Assembly (NCBI GenBank): GCA_963727525.1
Contig: CAVSGO010000006.1
Coordinates: forward strand, 146,828-210,827
DNA length: 64,000 nt
Reading direction: 5' to 3'
Source: an uncultured bacterium
GTDB lineage: Bacteria; Krumholzibacteriota; Krumholzibacteriia; LZORAL124-64-63
The notes under the pieces were generated by a model. It searched no databases. It was not told the DNA's origin and worked only from the letters and a program-made list of their open reading frames with translations. Position 1 is the first letter of the stretch. Each line of letters opens with the position of its first letter. Both the position numbers and the translations under genes were made by a program. Positions 56,120 through 64,000 of this stretch are shown here, in pieces.

Positions 56120-56173
56120 ACCTTGACGTCCAGGTTTAACTTGTGCAATTTATGTAAACCAAGACGTCTTGGT
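56120..56173. promoter_or_regulatory. Two ACC-N2-GACGTC-N2-GGT palindromes (candidate Rrf2 operators)
   Basis: ACCTTGACGTCCAGGT (56120-56135, contains a TTGACG -35-like hexamer) and perfect ACCAAGACGTCTTGGT (56158-56173). Confidence 0.7.
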
Positions 56174-56207
56174 ATCGTTAAAGCCTGGAAACGACAGGAG
56201 TGTTGTG

Positions 56208-56945
56208 ATGGCCATCGATCTCGAAACCAGCGTCGGCGACCTTGCCGGCAGCCTCCCAGCCCTGATTCCCGTGCTGGAATCACTCGGTATCGACTACTGC
56301 TGTGGCGGCCAGCGATCGCTGGTCGAGGCGTGCCGGTCCGCCAACCGCGATCCCCAGACAGTGCTGGCGGCGCTGGTCCGGGCCGAGCAGCCATCATCGG
56401 CGTCGTCCGTGGCTGCCACCGACTGGCGACAGGCGAGCCTCAACGCGCTCATCGATCACATCGTCGCTCGCCACCATGAATATCTGCGCCAATCGCTGCC
56501 TCGTATCGGCGATCTCATGCAGACCGTCTTGAAAGCCCATGGCGCCAACCACCCGGATCTGGCCGGGGTGTCCGAGCAATTCCAGGCGTTGCGCGCCGAA
56601 CTTGAGAACCATCTGCTCAAGGAGGAGGGCATCCTCTTCCCCATGATCCAGTCGATGGAGGTGACACGGAGTCTGGACGACGTCCATTGCGGCTCCGTTG
56701 CCAACCCCATCACGGTCATGGAGCACGAACACGACAACGCCGGAAACGCCCTGCGCAATCTGCGAGCCTGGACCAACGAGTACCAGCCGCCCGCCGACGC
56801 TTGCCCCACCTATCGTGCGTTGCTCACGGACCTGGCCAACCTCGAGCAAGACCTCCACGAGCATATCCACATGGAGAACAATCTTCTGCACCCCCGCGCC
56901 GTGGCCCTGGAAGCCCGGTTGCGCAACACTGCCGCAGGCGATTGA
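56208..56945 (+). CDS. ric: Iron-sulfur cluster repair di-iron protein
   Basis: GIDYCCGG, HHEYLR, HLLKEE..LFP, EHEH, HIHMENN. Confidence 0.95.
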   Translation: MAIDLETSVGDLAGSLPALIPVLESLGIDYCCGGQRSLVEACRSANRDPQTVLAALVRAEQPSSASSVAATDWRQASLNALIDHIVARHHEYLRQSLPRIGDLMQTVLKAHGANHPDLAGVSEQFQALRAELENHLLKEEGILFPMIQSMEVTRSLDDVHCGSVANPITVMEHEHDNAGNALRNLRAWTNEYQPPADACPTYRALLTDLANLEQDLHEHIHMENNLLHPRAVALEARLRNTAAGD

Positions 56946-56956
56946 AAGGTCGAACC

Positions 56957-59245
56957 ATGAACAATCGCAAACTCTGGGGTACGTTCGTTGCCGTGATCGT
57001 GATCTCGTTTTCCGTGCTCGGATACTTCGGTCACGAGATCTATCGCCAGGCGCCTCCCATTCCCGACCGCGTCGTCGCCGCGTCGGGCGAGGTGCTCTTC
57101 ACCGGTCAGCAGATCCACGACGGTCAGAATGTCTGGCAGTCCACCGGCGGCCATGAGCTGGGTTCGGTCTGGGGCCATGGGTCCTACGTCGCGCCGGACT
57201 GGTCGGCCGACTGGCTTCACCGGGAAGCCGAGCACCTGCTCGGACTGTGGAGCGATCGAGACTATCAGCGCCGTCCCGCAGCGATCAGCGCCGAGCAACT
57301 GGCTGGCCTGAAATCGCGCCTGCAGCAGGAGATGCGCACCAATACCTACGACCCGGCCACCAGGGTCTTGACCCTCGGCAATGACCGCGCCGCCTCGGTG
57401 CTGGCGATCGCCACCTACTACCGGCAGCTCTTCGGAGACGATCCGCAGCTGGCCCGGACCCGCGAGGCGTACGCCATGCAAACGCCCACGGTCAGTGGCC
57501 GCGAACGTCTCGACGACCTGACCGCGTTCTTCTTCTGGACCGCCTGGGCCTGTGTCACGGAACGGCCTGGGCAGGAGATCACCTACACCAACAACTGGCC
57601 GGCCGACGAGCTGGTGGGCAACCATCCGACAGGCAACCTCATCCTGTGGACCGGTTTTTCGGTGATCCTGTTGCTGGCGGGAGTGGCCTTGCTGGGATGG
57701 TACTACGCCACCAACCGTGATCAAGAACCGGACCCGTCGACGTTGCCGGCCAACGATCCGCTCACGGCGCTCGAGCCGACGCCGTCCATGCAGGCCACGC
57801 TCAAGTATTTCTGGGTGGTGTGCGCCCTGCTGGTCGTGCAGGTCGTGCTCGGTGCGGTAACCGCGCATTTCGGCGTGGAGGGTTCGGGCTTCTATGGCCT
57901 CGACCTCGGCCGCATCCTGCCATACAGCGTATCGCGCACCTGGCACGTGCAGCTTGGCATCTTCTGGATCGCCACCTCGTGGCTGGCGACCGGGTTGTTC
58001 ATCGGTCCGGCCGTGGCCGGCCAGGAGCCACGATTCCAGAGGCTCGGCGTCAACGTGCTGTTCGGCGCGCTGATCGTCGTGGTGGGCGGCTCGCTCGTCG
58101 GCGAGTGGCTCGGCATCATGCAGAAGCTCGATCTGGTGCCCAACTTCTGGTTCGGTCATCAGGGTTACGAGTATGTCGACCTGGGCCGGCTGTGGCAGAT
58201 CTTGCTGCTGGTGGGACTGCTGCTGTGGTTGGTGTTGATGGTGCGCGCTCTGCTGCCGGCGTTGCGACGGCGAGACGAGAGCCGCTCGCTACTCACCCTG
58301 CTCGTGATCTCCTGCGTGGCCATTGCCGGCTTCTACGGCGCTGGCCTGATGTGGGGTCGCCAGACCAACCTGGCCATGGCCGAATACTGGCGCTGGTGGG
58401 TCGTGCACCTGTGGGTGGAAGGTTTCTTCGAGGTGTTCGCCACGGTGGTGATCGCCTTCCTGTTCGTGCGGCTGGGCCTCCTGCGAGTGAAACTGGCCAC
58501 GGCCGCCGCGCTGTTCTCCACCAACGTGTTCCTTGCCGGCGGCATCATCGGCACCTTCCATCACCTGTATTTCACCGGTACACCCACGGCCATCCTGGCC
58601 CTGGGGTCGACGTTCTCGGCGCTGGAAGTCGTGCCGCTGGTGCTGCTGGGCTTCGAGGTCTATCACAACCTGCGGCTGAGCAAGGCCACACCGTGGCTCA
58701 CGGCTTACAAGTGGCCCATCTACTGCTTCGTGGCCGTGGCCTTCTGGAACCTGGTCGGTGCCGGCATCTTCGGTTTCCTCATCAATCCGCCCATCGCGCT
58801 GTACTACATGCAGGGCTTGAACACCACGCCAGTGCACGGTCACACGGCCCTGTTCGGTGTGTATGGCATGCTCGGCATCGGGCTCATGCTGTTCGTGCTC
58901 AAGGGCCTGGCCGCGCGCCGGATCTGGAAGGACGGCGTGATACGATTCGCGTTCTGGTCGATCAACGTCGGCCTCCTGCTCATGGTGCTGATCAGTGTCC
59001 TGCCGATCGGTCTGGCCCAGACGGTGGCCAGCGTGAACAAGGGTCTGTGGTATGCACGGTCGTCGGCGTTCATGCAGCAAGACTATCTGCAAACCCTGCG
59101 CTGGCTGCGGGTGATCGGCGACACCATCTTCGCCGTGGGGGCGCTGGCGCTAGGCTACTTCGTGATGGGGCTGAAAACCGGCTGGTCGGTACGGCCCGAG
59201 CACGATCTGCCAGAGCGGGTGGCCGCGAAGGTGTTGGCCCGATGA
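56957..59245 (+). CDS. norB: Quinol-dependent nitric oxide reductase (qNor/NorZ type)
   Basis: GSVWGHGSYVAPDWSADWLH, RTWHVQL, WWVVHLWVEGFFEVF, GTFHHLYF, HGHTALFGVYG. Confidence 0.96.
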   Translation: MNNRKLWGTFVAVIVISFSVLGYFGHEIYRQAPPIPDRVVAASGEVLFTGQQIHDGQNVWQSTGGHELGSVWGHGSYVAPDWSADWLHREAEHLLGLWSDRDYQRRPAAISAEQLAGLKSRLQQEMRTNTYDPATRVLTLGNDRAASVLAIATYYRQLFGDDPQLARTREAYAMQTPTVSGRERLDDLTAFFFWTAWACVTERPGQEITYTNNWPADELVGNHPTGNLILWTGFSVILLLAGVALLGWYYATNRDQEPDPSTLPANDPLTALEPTPSMQATLKYFWVVCALLVVQVVLGAVTAHFGVEGSGFYGLDLGRILPYSVSRTWHVQLGIFWIATSWLATGLFIGPAVAGQEPRFQRLGVNVLFGALIVVVGGSLVGEWLGIMQKLDLVPNFWFGHQGYEYVDLGRLWQILLLVGLLLWLVLMVRALLPALRRRDESRSLLTLLVISCVAIAGFYGAGLMWGRQTNLAMAEYWRWWVVHLWVEGFFEVFATVVIAFLFVRLGLLRVKLATAAALFSTNVFLAGGIIGTFHHLYFTGTPTAILALGSTFSALEVVPLVLLGFEVYHNLRLSKATPWLTAYKWPIYCFVAVAFWNLVGAGIFGFLINPPIALYYMQGLNTTPVHGHTALFGVYGMLGIGLMLFVLKGLAARRIWKDGVIRFAFWSINVGLLLMVLISVLPIGLAQTVASVNKGLWYARSSAFMQQDYLQTLRWLRVIGDTIFAVGALALGYFVMGLKTGWSVRPEHDLPERVAAKVLAR

Positions 59246-59253
59246 GTTGATTC

Positions 59254-59285
59254 CAGGGGGCCCGCCGTTGGCGCCCCCTGATTTT
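59254..59285 (+). terminator. Probable terminator after qNor
   Basis: CAGGGGGC...GCCCCCTG hairpin followed by ATTTT. Confidence 0.6.
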
Positions 59286-59335
59286 GGGCTCCAGATCCAT
59301 CGAACCTTCTGGCATACTCGTGCCAGGAGGTTCCG

Positions 59336-59923
59336 ATGGGGAAGCCGCAGTTCACCGATCCGCGGTTCGTGGATCGGCTGCGATCCGGTGACGCCGTAGC
59401 CATCGAGGCGGTGGTCCATGCCTATCTCCCGCAGATCCTGCGGGCGGCTCGCGGGGCCGGCCTGGATCTCGCGCGGGCTGAGGATGTCACGCAATCCGTC
59501 TTTCTGACCTTCATCCAGACTGTCGCGCGATTCGAGGGGCGGGCCCATGTACGGACGTGGTTGTTCGGTATCCTCTACCGGAAACTCTCGGAGACCTGGC
59601 GTGCCGTCAAGCGGGAGAACGAAGCGGACGATATCGACGGGATCATGGAGGAGCGGTTCGCGCCGAACGGAACCTGGGCGCGTCCGCCCCGCGAGGCGGA
59701 TCAGGAGACACTGGACGCGGAGATCCGGGCTCACCTCGCGGTCTGCCTCGATGGCGTTCCCCAGCGCCAGCGGGTGGCGTTCCTGATGCGGGAGGTCGAG
59801 TGTATGTCGACCGAGGAGATATGTAATGTCATGGAGGTTACCGACACCAACCTCGGGGTGCTCCTGTTCCGGGTCCGCAACCGCCTCCGCGAGTGTCTTG
59901 AGAAGCGGAACGTGAAGGGCTGA
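59336..59923 (+). CDS. ECF sigma factor (resembles Neisseria sigmaE/ECF13 type)
   Basis: AEDVTQ, FEGRAHVRTWLFGIL, RFAPNGTW..P, EEICNVMEVT.TN..VLLFR.R.RLRECL. Confidence 0.92.
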   Translation: MGKPQFTDPRFVDRLRSGDAVAIEAVVHAYLPQILRAARGAGLDLARAEDVTQSVFLTFIQTVARFEGRAHVRTWLFGILYRKLSETWRAVKRENEADDIDGIMEERFAPNGTWARPPREADQETLDAEIRAHLAVCLDGVPQRQRVAFLMREVECMSTEEICNVMEVTDTNLGVLLFRVRNRLRECLEKRNVKG

Positions 59924-59927
59924 TACG

Positions 59928-60203
59928 ATGCTGAAATGCCACGAAGTTTCGCATCTGGCGGCGAGCGGTGGGATCGCCCGGGCGGGGTTGCTCAAGCGAC
60001 TCGAGTTTCGCCTGCACCTCATGATGTGCCGTCACTGCCGCAACTATGTCCGCCAGGTCGCGCGGATCGGCGCCGCGGCCGCGAAGCTCTTCGGCGCCGG
60101 GACCGAGGATGCCGACGCCGTGGCGCGCGTCGAGGCCAGGGTTCTCGCCTCGGTCCGCAAGCCCCCTCCCGATCACGACGGTGGCGCCAGCCACTCCCAC
60201 TAG
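59928..60203 (+). CDS. zf-HC2 (ZAS) anti-sigma factor, soluble
   Basis: MLKCHEVSHL...RLHLMMCRHCRNY (C...HxxxCxxC); no TM; 4 bp after the sigma gene. Confidence 0.9.
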   Translation: MLKCHEVSHLAASGGIARAGLLKRLEFRLHLMMCRHCRNYVRQVARIGAAAAKLFGAGTEDADAVARVEARVLASVRKPPPDHDGGASHSH

Positions 60204-60847
60204 CGCGCCGCTCGCGATTCGTTTGCGCTCCAGCGTCGGTAGACCAGTCCCAGGGCAGTGCCGTAGACGATGTGGGCCAGGATGACGGTGACCGGCATCG
60301 TGGGCATCTGCAGACCAAAGGCGCCGACGCCAAGCGACGTGGCGACAGGGCTGGCCAGGAACCCGATCCCGATCATGACACCGTAGGCGACGGACCAGCG
60401 CAGACGGCGGCGTCCCAGCAGCACCGCAAAGATCAAGCCGAACATCCCGCCATTGGCGAAGTGATATGCCCAGCCCAGGACATCGGAGAGGTGTGACGGT
60501 CCGACCATGAAGCGGTTGGTGAGCAGGACGCCCATCAGACGCGGCATGTCGCCCGGCATGCCGCCGAGCCGGAAGCTCACGATCCGGACGATCTCCAGTC
60601 CGATCGTGGCCACCACACCGGCGGCTGCACCCACCAGCGTTCGCCTGACCAGAATCCGGTGTCCACGGTGGGCGGCAAGGACGACAACCCCGGCGAGCAC
60701 GGCCAGCGCAGGCAACAAGAGGTTCAGGGCGAGCACGGACATGCTCGCGTAGCCCGCCTGTGCAGCGGGGAAGATGTTGGGCGCGATCGCAGCCAGGGCC
60801 AGGATCGTCGCCGCAAAGGCGTTCTGTTCGTTGATGATGCGTCGCAT
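60200..60847 (-). CDS. Uncharacterised multi-pass membrane protein
   Basis: About 5-6 hydrophobic segments; GDMPRLMG, GWAYHFANG, ILAHIVYG (two intramembrane His); GGAG RBS. Confidence 0.75.
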   Translation of the reverse strand: MRRIINEQNAFAATILALAAIAPNIFPAAQAGYASMSVLALNLLLPALAVLAGVVVLAAHRGHRILVRRTLVGAAAGVVATIGLEIVRIVSFRLGGMPGDMPRLMGVLLTNRFMVGPSHLSDVLGWAYHFANGGMFGLIFAVLLGRRRLRWSVAYGVMIGIGFLASPVATSLGVGAFGLQMPTMPVTVILAHIVYGTALGLVYRRWSANESRAAR

Positions 60848-60906
60848 GAGTCATTGTCTCCTCGCTCGAGATCCGGATGCTGAAATCGAATCGCGGTCAA
60901 CGGTAG

Positions 60907-60933
60907 GTGTCGCCTCGCCGCGCTTCCTTACAC
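60907..60933 (-). promoter_or_regulatory. Candidate ECF-dependent promoter for the membrane protein gene
   Basis: GTGTAAGG-aagcgcggcgagg(13)-CGACAC on the minus strand. Confidence 0.7.
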
Positions 60934-60981
60934 GGAGGTTGGCGCGCCCAACCCCGTCGGCGGTCGGTACCGAAAGATTGT

Positions 60982-61008
60982 GTGTAAGGGATGCCTCGCG
61001 TCCGTCAC
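60982..61008 (+). promoter_or_regulatory. Candidate ECF-dependent promoter for the DUF302 operon
   Basis: GTGTAAGG-gatgcctcgcgtc(13)-CGTCAC on the plus strand. Confidence 0.7.
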
Positions 61009-61077
61009 TCACAGGCCGAGAGCGAAATCGTCCGAACCCGGGCGACACAGGAAATTTGCAAACGATCGGAGCGAATC

Positions 61078-61560
61078 ATGAAGACGTCGAATACCCACCT
61101 GGTTCACGCTGGCCTGCTGGCCCTGGTCTTGACCCTGCCTTCACTGACTGCTGGCGCGGCACGGGCTACGGGCGCGGACGATCTGAGCCAGACCGTGGTG
61201 GCGGGTTCGGTAGAGCAGGTGCTGAGCGGCCTGAAGAAGATGGTCGCCGACCACGGGATGATGGTCATGGGCGAGTTGCACCAGGGCAAGGTGCTGGAGA
61301 TGACCGGACTGAAGGTGACGTCCGAGTCGATCTTCGTCGGCAACCCTAACGTGGGGAAGAAGCTCTTCGCCATCGAACCGGGCGCCGGGGTCGCCTTGCC
61401 CGTGCGCGTGAACATCTTCGAGAATGCCGCCGGGCAGACCGTCGTTGCCTACATCCCGCCATCCCGGCAACTCGCCGGCTATCACAACCCCATGCTGGAC
61501 AAGGCTGCCGCCATGCTCGACGAGAAGCTGGCCGGTATGGTCGGCATGATCGGCAAGTAG
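61078..61560 (+). CDS. Secreted DUF302 domain protein, Met-rich
   Basis: Signal peptide; IFVGNPNVGKKL, GVALPVRVNIFE, TVVAY. Confidence 0.85.
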   Translation: MKTSNTHLVHAGLLALVLTLPSLTAGAARATGADDLSQTVVAGSVEQVLSGLKKMVADHGMMVMGELHQGKVLEMTGLKVTSESIFVGNPNVGKKLFAIEPGAGVALPVRVNIFENAAGQTVVAYIPPSRQLAGYHNPMLDKAAAMLDEKLAGMVGMIGK

Positions 61561-61608
61561 CAGTCTCCCGAAGTGCCCCACCAGGCCACGCAAGCAAAGG
61601 AGATAGTA

Positions 61609-63876
61609 ATGAAACGGACTTTGACCCTCCTCGTCGGCATCGGTCTGGTACTACTGGCCGCGTCCGCCTCGGCGCAGCTACGGATCACCGACACGTCGCA
61701 CTACGTGACCGAGACGCAGATGCTCCTCGCCAACGAGATCAACGAGAGCGGCGAACCCTACGCCGAGGCCCTCGGCTACGATCTCGATGTGCTCGACCCC
61801 ATGCAGCCGGGCTTTCCGGATGCGACGGCGTATACGCTCGGCATCGAGAACTACGAGTACTCGCGGTATCAGCTCGGCGTCGTGATCGCACGGTCGGGAA
61901 TCGGCTTGCACATGATGTGGTCTCCCGTGATCCGGGCGCAGGCCGCCATGGAGACCGACCCCGGCTTTGACGGCTCGTTCACCGGTCCGCCGAACGGCTA
62001 CCGCGAGGATGACGAACTGATGAAGGTGGTCATGCATTTCGGTCAGCTCGCGGACCACGTGCCGCCGACCAATGCCTGGCCACAGTTCGGCGAGTTCGTC
62101 GAGGGTGATCCGCACTACGCCCAGCCCGTGGACGCCGACGCGTTCACCCACGACTTCGCCACCTTGCGCTGGGACCGTTCCCGGATGATCAAGGAGCTCT
62201 CGCCGGGAGCCATGGGGCAGACGCTGATGAAACAGTATCTCTGGTCCCAGGACATGCTCAGCGCATTCCACGACACCAACGGCGAGGCCGTCGAGGCCGA
62301 CGGCAGTGTCAGCCCCGACGGCCCGGATGGGGTCTTCGACCCGGACAACGGGATCTTCTACGGGGGTGACGATCTCGACGGTTTCGTGGGACAGGTCCTC
62401 ACGGCCGAGGCCGTCAACAAGGTCAAGAACCTCGTGGACAACCTAGCCTTCGACGGCCGCAATCTCGGGTCGATCGACCTCATGACCTACGATCCGGTGG
62501 CAGGCCTGCGCTACTTTCCCCATCGCATCGCGGTCGATGAGGAGCCGGTACCGGGGCTGCCGCCGCAGGCGGCGGACTACGACGTCGTCGATCCGCGCAG
62601 CGATCTCTTCGACCAGGCATCGTTGCTCTGGGGCGCCGTCCATTTTGCCGACATGATGAATCCGAACAACTCGAGCGATGCTGCGCACCTCGCCTACCAT
62701 GCCGCGTTCGATGGCGATCCGTTTCCCGCAGCAATGAGCGAGACAGGTGTGCCGGGTCCCTTCGACCTCATGAAGGGCACTGCGAAAGCCGTGTTCCTGA
62801 ACCTCATGGCGATGCACTTCGACGCCACCGCCGGATCGTTCGTCGACTTCAGCCGCCCCGTCGGGTTCGGCCGGTCTGATGACGGTGGCGACGATCACGA
62901 CGACGACGGGATCGTTCGCCACGGCGTGCAGCTGGGCAGCCGCCTGTCCACGGTCGACGCAGCCTATCTTCTGGTCGCCCTCGATTCGTTCCTCGGTCAG
63001 TTCTCAAACACGCCGCTCGCAGCCGCGGCTCGGGACGCCATCGCAGCCCAGGCCGATTTCCTGATCGCGTCGGTGGACCACCGCAACCTGTATCGCGAGT
63101 GGGTGCGAGTCGGTGGCCACGACCGCGGCCAGCGCGGCGCCCCGAGCCTCCTGGCGCAGGCCGCGGCCGTCCGCGCACTCTACTCGGCCTATGACGCGCT
63201 CGGCGACGCCCGGTATCGCGACGCGGCGGACTCGGCCTACACGACCATGGTGGAGACCTACTTCCGCGGCGACGCGGGCCTCTTCGCCACCGGTTTCGGC
63301 GGTCGCAAGGCGACCTACGATCCGCAGATCATGGCCATCCTCTCCGGTGCCTTGCGCGAAGCGCGCCTGGTGGGCGACCACGAGGATGCCACCGACATCT
63401 ACGTGTCACTCTGGAACAACGTGGCGAACACGATGCAACTGGCAGAGGGCGCCAACACCGGCGAGACCGGCGGCGACTCCGATGGCGACGGCATTCCGTT
63501 CATTCCTGAGCAGGCTGAAGATCTGGCCCCCGTGTTCGCTCCGCGCGCGGAGGTCTGGCTCGGAAGCCTCGGCGGTGGTCACGACGGCGTATCCCCGGCC
63601 GGTGCGTCGGGAACCGGTACCGTCCCGATGCTCGCCACCCCCAATCCATTCAATCCCGTCACCGTGATTGCCTTCGATCTCCCGCAATCCGCGCACGTGA
63701 CACTCGCCATATACGATGTCCTCGGTCGCGCCGTGCGCCATCTCATCGAGGGTGACCTGCCGTCCGGGGTCCACGAGGTCACGTTCCTCGGAGATGACCT
63801 CTCATCGGGCGTCTACTATTACGTGCTCGACACGGGAGGGAATCGTCAGGTCGGCAAGATGACACTCGTGAAGTGA
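61609..63876 (+). CDS. Uncharacterised secreted protein, possible alpha/alpha toroid, with C-terminal sorting-like domain
   Basis: AAGGAG then ATG61609; signal peptide; helical repeats (DLFDQASLLWG, LLAQAAAVRAL, LGDARYRDAA); C-terminus PNPFNPVTVIAFDL...IYDVLGRAV...SSGVYYY...GKMTLVK. Confidence 0.85.
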   Translation: MKRTLTLLVGIGLVLLAASASAQLRITDTSHYVTETQMLLANEINESGEPYAEALGYDLDVLDPMQPGFPDATAYTLGIENYEYSRYQLGVVIARSGIGLHMMWSPVIRAQAAMETDPGFDGSFTGPPNGYREDDELMKVVMHFGQLADHVPPTNAWPQFGEFVEGDPHYAQPVDADAFTHDFATLRWDRSRMIKELSPGAMGQTLMKQYLWSQDMLSAFHDTNGEAVEADGSVSPDGPDGVFDPDNGIFYGGDDLDGFVGQVLTAEAVNKVKNLVDNLAFDGRNLGSIDLMTYDPVAGLRYFPHRIAVDEEPVPGLPPQAADYDVVDPRSDLFDQASLLWGAVHFADMMNPNNSSDAAHLAYHAAFDGDPFPAAMSETGVPGPFDLMKGTAKAVFLNLMAMHFDATAGSFVDFSRPVGFGRSDDGGDDHDDDGIVRHGVQLGSRLSTVDAAYLLVALDSFLGQFSNTPLAAAARDAIAAQADFLIASVDHRNLYREWVRVGGHDRGQRGAPSLLAQAAAVRALYSAYDALGDARYRDAADSAYTTMVETYFRGDAGLFATGFGGRKATYDPQIMAILSGALREARLVGDHEDATDIYVSLWNNVANTMQLAEGANTGETGGDSDGDGIPFIPEQAEDLAPVFAPRAEVWLGSLGGGHDGVSPAGASGTGTVPMLATPNPFNPVTVIAFDLPQSAHVTLAIYDVLGRAVRHLIEGDLPSGVHEVTFLGDDLSSGVYYYVLDTGGNRQVGKMTLVK

Positions 63877-63894
63877 TATGTCACTTCGCGCCCG

Positions 63895-63920
63895 GGCCGG
63901 GAACGACGCAGTTCCCGGCC
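63895..63920 (+). terminator. Hairpin downstream of the last gene
   Basis: GGCCGGGAAC-gacgca-GTTCCCGGCC; a second hairpin GAAGTGA-tatg-TCACTTC overlaps the stop (63870-63887); no U-tract. Confidence 0.5.
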
Positions 63921-63956
63921 CCGTTCGCCGCTGTCAAGAAGCCAATCAGGGAGTGA

Positions 63957-64000
63957 ATGGATACAGTTGATCGCCGACGGGCCTGGGTCTTGCTTGAACC
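63957..64000 (+). CDS. Possible start of the next gene (truncated by the window)
   Basis: GGGAG then ATG63957, MDTVDRRRAWVLLE; too short to assign. Confidence 0.25.
   Translation, partial: MDTVDRRRAWVLLE

Overview
GC-rich bacterial chromosomal window with about 45 genes. I found no rRNA, tRNA or CRISPR array. Several secreted proteins end in a FlgD-Ig/T9SS-A-like C-terminal domain, which suggests (inference) an FCB-superphylum candidate lineage such as Latescibacterota/Krumholzibacteriota. Contents in order: PAS protein fragment; tricorn protease; frameshifted delta-60-repeat pseudogene divergent from an ECF sigma/Ser-Thr kinase pair; an IS1-like element with 35-bp imperfect inverted repeats; fused CcsBA; a degenerate chemoreceptor; S8, C25 and S9 peptidases; CCA-adding enzyme; two CydA-like/cytochrome c fusion genes; a secreted thioredoxin-TPR gene with an in-frame TGA in a W-U-P-S-C motif (probable selenoprotein); a TetR/VOC/AraC/NmrA cluster; flippase, sulfotransferase and sialidase; and an Rrf2-ric-qNor nitric oxide module. 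That module is followed by an ECF/zf-HC2 pair, then two divergent GTGTAAGG-N13-CGWCAC promoters facing a membrane protein on one side and DUF302 plus an uncharacterised secreted protein on the other. Best leads: the probable selenoprotein, the candidate ECF regulon, the CydA-like pair, and the IS transposase with an apparent DDN triad. All family calls come from motif recognition by eye, with no database search.
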